A DNA stretch of 63,660 nucleotides, the filler included, from Albugo candida (lineage: Eukaryota): assembly GCA_040437565.1 (NCBI GenBank). It is 34 parts of 34 records of this genome, joined end to end, with 100 filler letters (N's around TTAATTAATTAA, not from the genome) between each part and the next. Parts side by side here need not be neighbours in the genome. Positions count along the whole stretch, not along the records: positions 47,424 to 49,151 come from JBDOQK010000426.1; positions 49,252 to 50,975 come from JBDOQK010000427.1; positions 51,076 to 52,797 come from JBDOQK010000428.1; positions 52,898 to 54,617 come from JBDOQK010000429.1; positions 54,718 to 56,430 come from JBDOQK010000430.1; positions 56,531 to 58,239 come from JBDOQK010000431.1; positions 58,340 to 60,047 come from JBDOQK010000432.1; positions 60,148 to 61,854 come from JBDOQK010000433.1; 26 more parts are not named here. One strand, written 5' to 3'. Under the pieces are notes generated by a model. It was given only the letters and a program-made list of their open reading frames with translations. It was not told where the DNA came from and did no database searches. How positions within the stretch are numbered: position 1 is the stretch's first letter; every line of letters begins with the position of its first letter. Positions 48,982 to 62,646 of this stretch are shown here, piece by piece. Both the position numbers and the translations under genes were made by a program.

Positions 48982-50432
48982 GGCGATAATAATTAAATAT
49001 TTTTTTAAGAAAGAGAAAGAACAGGAAGGAGGGAAACTTTTTTTTTTTTTTGAATTACAATTATTTTTAAAGAACACGTAAAAAAAACACGTAAAACACG
49101 ACTGTCCAAAAAATTTATCAAATATATAGTAACTCAGCTTTATCCTTCTATNNNNNNNNNNNNNNNNNNNNNNNNNNNNNNNNNNNNNNNNNNNNTTAAT
49201 TAATTAANNNNNNNNNNNNNNNNNNNNNNNNNNNNNNNNNNNNNNNNNNNNTGTTTATCTTGATATTTGAAAGATGCAGCACAAGTAAGTGCTTGATTTT
49301 ACAGCCGGCTGATTCTACTTGTCTGAAAGTAGTAGTTATGTAGAATAATTGAAGACCTTTTCCTAGTTACAGATTGATGCGTTATTAGTAGATAATATCA
49401 TGGTCAAATTTTGACTAATTGATTCGAAAAAACTCTTTTTTTTTTTAGAAGAAATGCTGTCGTTTGTAACATGACTCCAGATGGTAAAAAATAACTGGTT
49501 TTTCATGTGAAGAAATCTTTTTTAGTTTGTAAGTACTGCTTTATACTACATATACAGTATCATATAGTAAACAAAAAACTAGTTTTTAAATACGATATCA
49601 CGATGATTATTGCTTTTTGGTATAAAACAATAAACAAAAAAATTGGTTTTTTTCATAAGGACTGTTATTGTTGTGGTATCGTTTGTAATATGGCGCTAAA
49701 TGATAAGAAAAAAGAGCTCATTTGTCATATGATAAATATTTTTATTGGTTTGTAAATAAATGTGATATCGTTATCGTTATCGTTTTATGGTAATATGGTT
49801 ATTATATAATGTTATATTGTTGTATGTATCATCGATGTGAAACACATTTGATTATTAAATAAATTTTGACAATAAAGGGACGAAAACTTCTTCAACAGAA
49901 GAAGTATCTATCTATCAAAGAAGCTTGAAAGAAAATAGAAACGAATTCTGTTCTCACATATGTCGTTCTTATCAATTCTTTATTAGAAAAATCACTCATT
50001 TTATTGTTTGGAACAATAGTGTTTTATTTTTTAACTGTTGTCAAAAAATAAAAATATAAAGTATTATTATTATCATCATTGTAATTCACTTCCAGCAGTG
50101 GCGTATATAAAAGACCATCAGATCGGTACGAGTGCGCAGTTAGTCTTTCTTTTTTTGGCGTTTTATACGGAGTTTAAATAAGCCTTAGGAATTAAAGAAA
50201 AAAAAAAGTAACCCAGAAAATTACCATATATGGACCACTAAAGAGTAATATGAGTATCCAGTATACTACTCATTGAGCAAGTGATTCCTTTGTGCATTAG
50301 TGGGAAACACTTTAAAAACAATAATAAACTATTTAATAAATTAAGTGAGGTGATTTTTTTTGGAGTTTTGCTTCCTTGTGTTCTTGAGATTTTGACTTCT
50401 TCCCTTTCCAAAATTCTAATCTGAAATTTATA

Positions 50433-50975
50433 ATGCCTGCTCAAAAGCGAAGTAGAGAAGAAAAAGGAAAAGGTAGAGCAAGTGATATAAGTTCTAGTAC
50501 TGCAGTTAACAATGAAAGAGAAAAAATATATATAAGATTTCCTGCATCGTTATTGAAAAATATTGCTGTACCTGATGTTGCAACATCTACTACGATCCAA
50601 GTAGACAATGCAAACACCGCAGTTGATCTTGAGGTTATAGAACCTGCCCAAACTTCAGTACCAGTTTTACAACAAAGAATTCGTTTGACAATAGACGCGA
50701 ATGCTGCTAATCGCCAACCAAGAGCCAGGATGTCAAATGCGGAAAAACAAGCTCGGTATAGATTAGCTCATCCTGAAGAAGTGGCTGCATTTCAAAGCGC
50801 GTACCGAGCTGAACATACCAATGAAGCACGCCAATACAGAGCTGAACATGCTAATGAAGCACGTCAATATAGAGAAAATCGTCGTGCTCAGCTTGAAAAC
50901 CAAGTGCCTGAAGTGAGTATTTTTTTGCTGTTGTAAAATATATATAATTGTGTTAATTTATGTCAACGTAGGTCA
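50433..50975 (+). CDS. First exon of a protein with 11-aa YRAEH.NEARQ repeats, resembling Helitron RepHel N-termini
   Basis: RMSNAEKQARYR plus tandem 33-nt repeats. GTGAGT donor near 50913 and an acceptor near 50971. Confidence 0.5.
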
Positions 50976-53900
50976 NNNNNNNNNNNNNNNNNNNNNNNNN
51001 NNNNNNNNNNNNNNNNNNNTTAATTAATTAANNNNNNNNNNNNNNNNNNNNNNNNNNNNNNNNNNNNNNNNNNNNAAAAAGAAAAAAAAAAAAAAAAAAA
51101 AAAAAAAGAGTGAAAAAATAAGAGGATCCTCTTTTTACATGTGTTTATTTTGATTTATTAATAATATATGCTATATCCCTACATCGTTATGTACCCTCTC
51201 CTTTGTAAAACAAGGAAAAACAATCATCTAATATATATTATACATATTATATTTTTTTTGTTTAAAAACGTTCACATCTACGCTCGTTACTACATCACAG
51301 AAATAACAATAATAAATGACAATACAGACATCGTTTATACCAAAAAACTTCTCTGTTGTATGTAGTATATAGAGATGCAAGAAGACAAAAAGATTTTTTT
51401 TTAAAGTGCGTAAATTATTTTATTAAAAGTGTATATTTTAAAATATATAAAAAAATAACCATACTTAACAACCGCGACGACGAGGAAGCAGATTGAATGA
51501 TGGGATCTAAAAACTAAGTAAAATGTACAAAGCAGGATCAGAAAATAGTGACGTTTCATCAATCACAAAATAGTGACATTAATCATTCATCACTTCTTGG
51601 GTATTATCATCATTTCCCGCAAGCTAAGAGACCGATAGACAAACTTCTTACAGAATGAAGAAGCTCCAGCATGCCCGCTGAGGCACGATGCCAGTTCAAA
51701 CCCTAGGGTGGGTCTAAAGCCTATCGAGATAGTTCATCACAACCCGCCGAATCAACACTGCGTTTCAAAGTCCTTCCACAGAAGAACGACTGTACAACGA
51801 GATGCGCAAGTACAACTTTTCTCCTACAAACAAAGAAGTATCAGTCATCCCGGCCTACCAGTTGTGACCTCATAATAGCTAAGAAAATTTCTATATTTCA
51901 AAAACATGACAATCTTGGTAATAAGCAACGGGCTTCAACAGACGGACTCCCAGCACAGCATCCGCTAATCTGCAGGCGATCAACCCCAGGACGAGTTTCT
52001 TGCTTACCAAGACTGTTTACAATCGCGCTATTTCACTGTGTTACAAAGCCCTTACCACAGGAAAAACAGCTGTAAAACAAGAGGCACTAGTCCTCCCGGC
52101 TAACCGATTGTGTTTTGCAGCCCATGCTTTCGAGAGTAAGAAAGTAAAAAAATAATAAAGAAAAAAGAAAAAGGAGAAAAAAAAAATTTTTATTGCTATT
52201 TAACTGTTTGATCATTACCTACATCATCATACAAACAAATACACAAAAGGTTGTTCTTGCTTGCTTATGAAATTATGTCATATGATAATTAATTAATAAA
52301 CTTTATTTTTTTCCTGCACTAGTAGGTATTGGTTAATTAATGTTTTGTAATCACTGCTTTGCTCATCAAGAAGTGGAGCAGTAGGGAAGAGGTATAAGCT
52401 CACCTAGATAATTTTAGTTGAAAAAATATGTACAAAAAAAAATGGAGAAGAAAAGGGGGAGAAAAAGGACAGTTGTCGTTGAGAAGGAAGAGTAAAGGAA
52501 AATAAAGGAAGTTAGTAAAAGATAAGCTGCTGGATTCAAAAATAATTGCTAGCCTTATCATGCGATGACATGAAAAAAACAAACTATTATTATGAAATCA
52601 AAAATCATTCCCACTTACCCTCTTATCACTACTGTTTCAGCTGCACTTACCAAACTAGCGGGTCCTGCGTTTTAATCATGTACATAATAAAACCCTCAAT
52701 TATTATCACTTTTATCTTTGGAAAAGTATATAAGAAAAAGTTGACAAGGACATATGCATGTAGACTCACACATACAAATTATACACAAAAGACGATGNNN
52801 NNNNNNNNNNNNNNNNNNNNNNNNNNNNNNNNNNNNNNNNNTTAATTAATTAANNNNNNNNNNNNNNNNNNNNNNNNNNNNNNNNNNNNNNNNNNNNAAT
52901 ATAATGCAAAATAAAATTACAAACAAGTTTACAGTTTAAAATTTTTTGATACAGCAAGAACTGCACGAGCTGTGTTGATTTCAAATTTATAGATTTTCAT
53001 TTTCAAAATCAAATAAAATAAGTTCTACAAGCAGTAGGGCTTTCAGCCAATCAGGTCCGACCTTTATTTTTTTATATTTTTTTGTGATATTTTTTTCAAA
53101 ATGTTGTCCGGCAGAAGGTCGAAAAGTCACGTGAATTTCACTAGTGGTCCGGTAAATTTTCCAGGAAAACGTTATGCAAGAGTAATTTAAGAGGTATTTC
53201 ATATTTTTTTTATGGGTTGCATAGAGCAGTTCATTTAATCGTAATTAAACTTTAAAGTTCAGTATTCAAAGTGAATTATGTAAAGAACAACAGTTTTACC
53301 CATTAAACTACTGATTTTTACCGTCCGTATCACTACTAATAAAGGTATAATTATTGTTTAATTTGTTGACAACTTGCTGTTAAAGTTTTTTTATTCACAA
53401 AGTAAAAGTACATTGTTTTATCAAGTAGTGGTTTATCTATATGTTTTACTCTTTAATGGAAAATACAAAATGCTTGAACATTTTAATGTCAAGTGTAATT
53501 GTAAGTAGTTTTTTTTTTTTTTAATTATTCTTTGTCATATAAAGGCTGCAGTCGCATAGTTATTATTAATGTAGCTCTTTTTTAGGCAGCAAACCAAACT
53601 AACAATTTGCATGGCGGTGTATTGTTTATAAATGTGTAATGCGTAATAGAAAAAGTTAACTAATGAGAGTTTAAATCTTAATTAATCTGTTAAATTTTAT
53701 TAGTCGATAATAACTTGTAGTGTAATATTATATAACAGCACGACAAGTCAATTATGTGGTTTATTTCACACAGTTGTTACTCTTTTACGATTACAAGAAT
53801 TTAAATTAATGAGACACTAGTAAAGAATGCTGAATTCCTTTTGCAAACAATTAATCTTTTTATTTATTTTCAAGTTGTTTATTCAAGTAGTTGCACAATT

Positions 53901-55256
53901 ATGTCACGAATGAGCAGAGAACAGCCTTTTCAGTTGCTAATTCAAATGAATTAAAGTCTGTGACTCTATTTAAAGAAAACAATACTCTATGTGCCTCTTG
54001 GTTATATTCATTGTACTCGTAAAGTTGGTATAGGACGATTCTAATTACTACAACAAATCTCGTTTTATTTAGTGAAGAAATAATGTTTAAAAAGGGTTGT
54101 GTCCAAGGCAGATGTGATCGTTTTCATTAATATATAATGCAGTATTGTTGAAGCTGTTCAATTTAACTATAAAGAATGAGATCCACTTCGTATTCACTTT
54201 CATGTACGAGTCATGTAAACGAAGACTGAGATTAACATGCAGGTCCAACAAAATCGAGTGCTGTAAAGTTAATAAACGTTGACGCAAAGCAGAAATCCAT
54301 CTGCATTGGTGTAGAAGAATGCATCAGATTTTAACAACGTACTCCATCTATAACTTTAGTTCGTGTTGAAAAGTCTACTTGGGTCAATAAATAAATAAAA
54401 AGATGAAAAGGTACTTAGAAAAAAAATTCCTAAGTAGAAATTATAAACGCGTCACAAAGCGCGTACATATTAATTCTCCCACTCAATTCTTTTTTTTGAA
54501 AAACTACCTCCTTTTCCTTTTTATTTTAAATCTCTTTCAAAATGAACAGTAATAATCTGTTTCTCCAGTCGAATCAGGTGCAAGCAAACAACACTCAAAA
54601 GACGATGCCACACAGAANNNNNNNNNNNNNNNNNNNNNNNNNNNNNNNNNNNNNNNNNNNNTTAATTAATTAANNNNNNNNNNNNNNNNNNNNNNNNNNN
54701 NNNNNNNNNNNNNNNNNGGTCTTGTTTGTCGAAAAGCTTTTGGATAACAGGATTTAAGCTCATTTTGTAGAAAGTTAAAATATAAAAGTATTTATTTTTT
54801 TAATTGAAAAAAAAAAAGGGAAAAGATTGTCTACCACCTTTTTATATAGAATTTGAATTTCATAATAAAAAAAAAAAAAATGAAGACGTTTTTAATTATA
54901 AAATCTTTAAGGATACTATGCTCTAGTATAAGCTGTTCCTGTATTTTTTCCATTTATGCAAAATCTTTTTTAATTTAATTCTTTGGATATGCAATAAATT
55001 AAAAACGAACAATTTTTATTTTAATTTAATTCAGTAGCAAAGTAATATACATATAAAATTTAATAAATCAATCACAAGGAATTCATGTCAATAGATTCGT
55101 ATAGTGAATCAATAGTCTTTTGAGTGGTTCATTACATTATTTATTTTATTTTCAAAAAAAAAAAAAATACATAAGCATCACATCCCAAACAAAACTCCTT
55201 TGTTCTTTTTACTTTTATTTTATTCCAAATTATAACACTTACCTAAATTATTCATT

Positions 55257-56430
55257 ATGCCTACTCCTCGTATATTCAATAGATATGTCTGTGCTCAGTG
55301 CAATTACCCTCTTTCAAGTTTAAAGAAAGCTATTTATCATCGTACCAAATACAACCATCAAGTTAACGAAATAGAAGAAGCTGAAGTTGACTATGATCTT
55401 GACGTAGAAATGCAAAGTGATTTGAATGACACTGATATGGAAGATCTTGTAGATGAACGTAAGCATTATGTACATGTAATAGTCATAAAGTTAAAATACT
55501 TACAAATTTATTTATCTTTATAACAGTTCCTTCCGTTGAATCTTTACCATATTATTCTTTTTTTGACTTTGATCCTAGTCACGGTCAAACAAGAGTTTAT
55601 AACTTGCATACCAATACTAGCTTTGATGAAACTGAATTAAACAGTATCCAATTTAGAGAAATTATCGATGCTTATTCCATTCCAAGAGAAGCTTCAAGAG
55701 AATTAGTTTACTTGTTTCGTACTATTTTGAAAAACAATCTTGAAGGTGCTACATTCAAAAATGGTAATAAAACTAGAATGAAAATAAAGAGTTATTTTAA
55801 TAATTGAATACTAATGCAATATACAATAGGAAAAATACCTTCAAATCTCTTGTTTTTAGACACTCTTGAGAATAGATTAAAAGCCAAATTACCAGTAAAA
55901 AGTTATTTGTACGATGTCTGCAGTGGAAAGGGATGTCGACTTTTTGGAAAGAACGATGAAGAAACTCTCGAATGTAGCAAGTGTGACGCTAAACGATTTT
56001 CTGACGACAATACGTTTAGACCATTAAAGCAAATGAAGTTAATGTCTGTTGGTGACCAAGTAGCTCGTTTACTTGCTAACGATGAAATTAGAAGCCTAAT
56101 GAAGTATAGACACAATTTTAAACATGAAGCTGGTGTTTATAGAGATTACTTTGATGGTGAAGAGCACCAAAACTTGAAAGCCAATACCGATCTTTTCTCT
56201 GGTGAAGACGATGTAGCGTTGGCACTTTTCGTTGACGGTTTTAGACCTGGTAGAGCAAATAAAGGTGATAAGTTGGCAATTCTCCACTTGCTAAACATGA
56301 ATATTCCACCTGAATTTCGGTAAGTCATTTAAATGTTGTAAACTATGATCATGTGTAAACTAATGTATTTAAATTGATTAGCTATAAAAAGGAACATATG
56401 TTACAGTTAGGTGTATTACCAGGTCCTCGA
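55257..56430 (+). mobile_element. CACTA/EnSpm (Transposase_21) transposase with N-terminal C2H2-like finger, multi-exon (3' partial)
   Basis: CAQC..H..H, YDVCSGKGCRLF..C..C, YRDYFDG, LALFVDGF and NMNIPPEFR|YKKEHMLQLGVLPGP. Confidence 0.9.
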
Positions 56431-58862
56431 NNNNNNNNNNNNNNNNNNNNNNNNNNNNNNNNNNNNNNNNNNNNTTAATTAATTAANNNNNNNNNNNNNN
56501 NNNNNNNNNNNNNNNNNNNNNNNNNNNNNNTTTCATTGTGGAGCTACTTCGAAGCTCTACATTCCAGCTTTGGCACTAAAAAAAGTATACACCCGCTGGT
56601 GGAAAAACTCGTCCATGTGTGATGTGAATCCCCCGCGTGGTTTGGCCAGCAAAGTTTGCTGGAATCTATGATGTGTGTGAAGCTGTATGTCGAGGCCCTA
56701 CAAGAATTGGTGCAGAAATCTTGATTTGCTGGCTGTACTCGAACGCAGAGCGACCACTGTCGAATATCACTAATCAAGAATTCTCAGCGTCATTCTCGTA
56801 ACGTTCAGTTGCAACTTTTCCATCCAGCAAACGAAGATGACTTGCGGAGATACCAAATCAAAAGTCGGTAATAAGTCTGCCTGTAGATTGATATCCGCGA
56901 AAAATCCGAGTTATGCACTCACCCGGCTGTCATCATACTTGGTCACTGAGTGATTATATGACAGCTCAAAGTGACGGGAGTTTCAACGGATCGCTTTTAT
57001 TCACTGTGTATTGACTTCTTAGAATATCTACAGACGAATCGATGAGGAGACGGTTTGGATAAGCAGTCAGGAATCGATTCTCAAAATTTTAAGAAATTCC
57101 ATTTTTGAACGTTCAGTGCCGGCACTTGTGCTTTGGTGTCGCCATAGTCGCACAATTTTATCGCCCTGCTTTATTCTTGAAGCTATATCAGTTCTTCTTT
57201 CTGCTCACCTGTCCGCTCGATTTATCGTACCTTTGATCACATACCAAAACACAAGTCCATGTTTGAATCTACAGTGTATGATTTTAATTTTGTGAACATC
57301 TATGGTGTGTATCTATAAACGTAAAGATGCAGCTTCCAAAGAGGGGCAACTGCTGACCACGAAACACCTTATACCGTAATTTCTTCCTGTTTACATCATC
57401 TAAACAGGTATAATGTTCTTAACGTGCTTTTAGTATTCTACACGGTACAATCTTCAAAATCATCCTTACGAGGCGAAATTCGTTATATTGCGTGCAGGAG
57501 CACCTTATCATGATAAATTTTGAACGTCGTTGCTGGACGGGTCAGTAAAAGCAGGACAAGACTTCTGGTGTTTATTTGCAGTCTGTATCTTCATTGGATT
57601 TGTGTTCTACAGACAACATAAAATCTTCGTTCCATCGTGACTGCATCAGGTAAAGAAGTACCAGACTGAAAGAGTGCACTGATCACAGTGTGGCTAATCG
57701 TGTATCAGTATGTAGGAATATGCCCAAGGGCAGGGGCGATCGGAAAGAAGATCCCAATTCCGGTTCAAACGGATTTATTGGCCCCGTACAGATGCAATTG
57801 AGGCTTACGAATGGAAGGTATTTTCAATCTGGCTGACTCCTATACCTGGACAGACGGCATACGTAAAATTTTGGCGATAATGTACTTTGTTTGAGCCAGA
57901 GTGCACAATATATTGAAAAGCGGATTACCAGCCAAGAATTTTGGCATTCGTCATTCCACGGCACCGCATCGCAAAAAAAAAACATATTGTAGCTAGAAGA
58001 GGTAGTTAGTAGCGAGACGAGGTTTTGACGGCTGCAATGGCCCCGGACATGGAACTCATCCCATTTGCATTCAAGAGAGTGCAAAATGTTCATAAGATCG
58101 CCTGCTCGATTCACACTATCTGCATCAGCCAATACAAAAAGTGTTTTTTGTCTGGCGCCGATCACGTGGTGGACAAAATCGTAAAACTCTTTGATGGCTG
58201 TAGACCCTCTCGTGATCATCGGCATCGTGTAAACAGGTANNNNNNNNNNNNNNNNNNNNNNNNNNNNNNNNNNNNNNNNNNNNTTAATTAATTAANNNNN
58301 NNNNNNNNNNNNNNNNNNNNNNNNNNNNNNNNNNNNNNNCACTTTGTCTGACGCTTTTTTCAGACGACTAAAGGGATGCGCTGCTGTTGCTTTATCTAAA
58401 TGATGATACGCATCGTCGCTACGGAATTCACTTGCTCGTGAGATGAGTGGTCAGAGAAATATAATTCACTATAGATTTGTACACATAATACACGAAGATT
58501 TACTTCCATTATGTTGTCAGCTGTGAGTCACAATCACTATTCGTGTATAAAGAAATGGACTGCTGTGGATCGGCCTGTGATCTGTTTGTGAAACTTAATT
58601 TGATGTGAAAGACGATACTCTCAATATTTCGATTATTGTGAGGCTAGTAGAGCTAGCCACGTTGTACGCCCGTCCAAGTCATGTTTCAGCGTTGCGACGC
58701 CCTCCATAACATGGTTGCTTTCAGTCAAACTATCACTCATACACTAAACCAAAGTGAGGAAATGTCGAATCTTCTCTGTACTCTAAATCAATTTATAGCG
58801 GCGAAGTCGTTCCATGACTATAGACGTATAGTCGACTGCTCGATACACCTTGTCTGGATCTA

Positions 58863-60047
58863 TCAATGTGGCCTCGCAATAGCGATAGACACTGCTCCAC
58901 CCGCACGAATGCTTTTGACCGTCAAACTTTGATCTTGAAAATATCGAATCTTGAAAGGAACATTTGTGTTTGTGGTGGTGCCATGACCTATAATAGTATA
59001 ATTCCAATAAGTAGGGATTCTTGAACTACGCAAAGTCAAAGCTGACCTAAATTGCCGTGTTCTCCCCATCCACAGGAATACACGTTTCCTTCACAGGTAA
59101 GCAGTAATGTGTGCTCACTACCACAAGCAACTCCTGATATCGTTGTATGCTCAACCGAATCAAGCAACACGCTTGTCGGTGTAGAGACATTATCATCGAG
59201 TCCAATGCCTGAGAGAGTGATGAAAATTGTATCACGTATGTGTGGCGCAAATCATAGCGCAAATTACCCAGCTGACCGTGACTCCCTTTTCCCCAAGACA
59301 AGACTTCATTTTCCAATGTTATACAGACGCAATGGTGCCACCCAACGCTGATTTGTTTGATAGTTAACAATTCTTTCACTCCATTCGCTTCCGTCGTTGT
59401 TACTGATTGTGGTGAATAAAACGCACTTGAGTTGGCTTTTGTGCCTAGTTGACCATGCTTGTTTGATCCACACGAGCTCACCTAGATAGGCAGTTTAAAC
59501 TATTTCCTTCGGTTTATCTGAGTAGTACGCATAACTTTCCCATCGACTGAAACAAACAGAGAATGATGCCAGCCACAATGAACTTGTCGGTACTTGTGTT
59601 TTGTCTCAATTTGTGTGGGATGGAACACATTCAAAGTTGATATACCGAGACCCAACTCCCCATGTCGGCCACTTCCCCAAGCGAAAGCCTGCATAAAGAC
59701 ACTTCTTCCACATCCCCATTTCCAATAAGAACCGTATTTCATACCTCTCCTGTTGCCGTTGCAAGCAATGAATGCTTCCATCCACATGAGACACTCCGTA
59801 CTCTGTACGGCTGAGTGAGCGAGGATAGGTTGATTTGAGTTGGACAGTGTACAATTGCACTGTCAGATAGTATGCCAAGTTGACCAAATTTGTTATCTCC
59901 CCAGCAAAATGCCTTGCTCTCATGATGTGTTGTAAGATTATCAGTCAGATTTATCGGGTCAGCAATAGCAATCGTATGTTGCCACCCACAAGCTACCGCA
60001 ACAACATTGCGTACTTTCGGATTGACAGAAGGCACAAGGATGCTCAT
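58863..60047 (-). CDS. RCC1-repeat protein, multi-exon (5' partial)
   Basis: Repeated VACGWQHT, WGDNKFGQLG, SCGWKHS, WGSGRHGELG, CGSNKHGQLG, WGKGSHGQLG, ACGSEHT and WGWGEHGNLG. Confidence 0.92.
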
Positions 60048-60751
60048 NNNNNNNNNNNNNNNNNNNNNNNNNNNNNNNNNNNNNNNNNNNNTTAATTAAT
60101 TAANNNNNNNNNNNNNNNNNNNNNNNNNNNNNNNNNNNNNNNNNNNNCGTCATGTTTGCACCGTATTGAAAGCCAACGTTTCTCAAAGTTTGAAGGTGTG
60201 GAGTTGTGAAACGGAATACGATACCAATGACAGTTTGAACAATCTTGAACAAGATGTACTTTTTTCGATTCAAAACTATTACATGAGAGAAAACTTGCCA
60301 GGACCCGTTACAAGGAGTTTACGGTGGTCACTTTATTCTTCCCCGCATCATGTTCCTTTCACTGATTGAAAGTAAGCGCATTCGCTGTGCAATCATTTCC
60401 ATGTATTACTCTAGAAAAAGATTCTCTTTGTTATTAATAGTGATGAATTACCGGGCTTAAATATCAGTTAACACGGAAGACCAATTCTCTGTTGAGGAAG
60501 CGTAATATATAAATTTTTATTGATCACGAAACATAATCATGGTGATATCTATCCCGAGCAGAGTTCATTTTTCTCCTCCGTCCCGTTTGTACAAAAACAT
60601 TGCATGTTATGCACTCCACGACATAAACATAGGGACAGGACTCAATGTGCTGAATTGTGCTTAATTATCCTTAGTGTTGAGCACTGGTTTAATACATATT
60701 TGCCTTTTGGCGCAGAGGTATAACGAGCCTGCGCGACATATTGATGGTGTA

Positions 60752-61854
60752 CACCACTAAAACGCGATCATAAAGGTAGATAACACACTGTATTTGCCTC
60801 CGGGCAACACGGCTGCATGCTCTTCAATGTTTTTGTGTGCTTATGGTCGAATTTCGTGTTTCTTAGATTGAATTCATGGGGCGAAAATCGGCTCTAACCG
60901 AGTACGAGAAAGGGCAAATTGACGCCATCCACTCGAACAAAGAAACTCTCCAGGCGATTACTGCGAGCCTACAGCTCTTCACGAACGTTTTCCACGCGTA
61001 CTTGAGCAATATAGATTGCTAAGGAATGAATAAGATGCCTGGAATGAAGCCAAACTTGGTCCGCGTGATATGCGGTGCATCATTGAGGTCGCACTCAGCG
61101 GTGATTTGTCCCCTGCTGCTATCGTCAACACTGTGGCACCATAGGTGAGAAAGGAGACCCTTCAGCGCTTGCTCCAGCGAGCGCCTCATCTATTCTAAGA
61201 AAAAATGAAGCCTACGCCCAAACTTACGAAGCGTAACCACACGGCACGGCTTGCATGGGCATAAAAGAAGCTCAAGGATTGCACTGACGGGGACCTAATC
61301 ATCTTTTTGAACGAGAAGCGAGTCACGCTTGATTGTCCAGATGGTTGCAAATATTATTGGCACGACTTTCGGCTTGAATCAATGACATTTTATAGCCGTA
61401 AAAGTGGAGGAAGTGGCATCATGGCCTGGGCGGTTTCTCCGCAAAAGATTGAAGTCCTTGGCCACGTTGAGTGGTCGTCAGAACTCATTTGACTACCAGG
61501 AGACGCTAGCCAGCCATCTTTTTTTTCGCGGATCGTGAACACCAAGATGGCCACGAAATTCAGCAGGATAATGCTAGTATCCATGAGTCTAAATCGACCA
61601 GTGCGTTTCTCAAACACCTCAACATCAAGGGGATAAAGTAGTGGTCTGTTTCTCCGGACCTAAATCCGATAGAGAATCTCTGGGGCGACATTGCGCGTGA
61701 TGTTTACGGTAATGAGCTCTATTATCACTCGGTTCACGAGCTTGAAGTGACAGTCAGGAAACGTGGTCAGAAATCAGTCAAGAACGGCTATATGCGCTCT
61801 TGAAAGTGATGAGCTATCGCGGCTTCAAGGTGATAGAGCTGAAGGGGTTCAAGA
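60752..61854 (+). mobile_element. Decayed Tc3-like (Tc1/mariner) element
   Basis: Putative end TA|CACCACT at 60752. ATG at 60876 gives MGRKSALTEYEKGQID, followed by NEKRVTLDCPDGCKYYWHD, FQQDNASIH and SPDLNPIENLWG, with many stops. Confidence 0.9.
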
Positions 61855-62646
61855 NNNNNNNNNNNNNNNNNNNNNNNNNNNNNNNNNNNNNNNNNNNNTT
61901 AATTAATTAANNNNNNNNNNNNNNNNNNNNNNNNNNNNNNNNNNNNNNNNNNNNATGCTTTGATATCTGTAAGTTTAAAATGGTTGATTTTTTGCAGTTT
62001 TCTGTTGATTTTTTCTACTTTTAGACATTGTTGAGGGAATGACTTTTATCTTCCCTTTATAAATTTTCTTTTGCTTTTCCCGCTTTCAATTGACGAATAT
62101 AAATAACTGTCAAAATCGATGATAAATATTTATTTTTTACTACGCTTACTTTACTTTAGGTTTTTACTGATCCTTTATTTAATCTCTCTTAAAACATTTA
62201 TTATAAAAGCTCACTTATAATTATAAATCATGTTTTGTTTTATCTTTTTACTTTTATTTCTTTACTTGATATATTTATGATATATCTATTCTATAGTTCG
62301 TTACTTTAGAACGTGGTGCTCATTTATTCTTACAACTAGATTTTGGTTGTGCCTATTCTCTTTACTTTTTTTATTTACTTTATTCTTTTAAACCAAACTT
62401 ACTCTTGTAGCAACATTTGAATCAATAAATGAATATCATTTTTACTTTTTTATATAGTTTATTTTGAATTGTACATGCTTCTCTTTCTTAAATACATTTA
62501 TTTAATGTTTGTACAGATCAAAATGTAGGAATTTTTTACTCGTGACTTATTCAAAAATAATCACAATTTGTATGCGTAATGCATGATATTATACTTAATA
62601 TAAAAGTGTTTAAATACTATAAATTATGTGAAAAAATTGAGTTTAT

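Noticed and set aside
51076-54617. Short ORFs and GC-richer patches in two AT-rich contigs
   Set aside because: No supportable product. A possible gene start at 54542 is too short to call.
56531-58239. ORF 57824-58225 and neighbours
   Set aside because: Protein-like but unassignable, and the flanking frames are interrupted.
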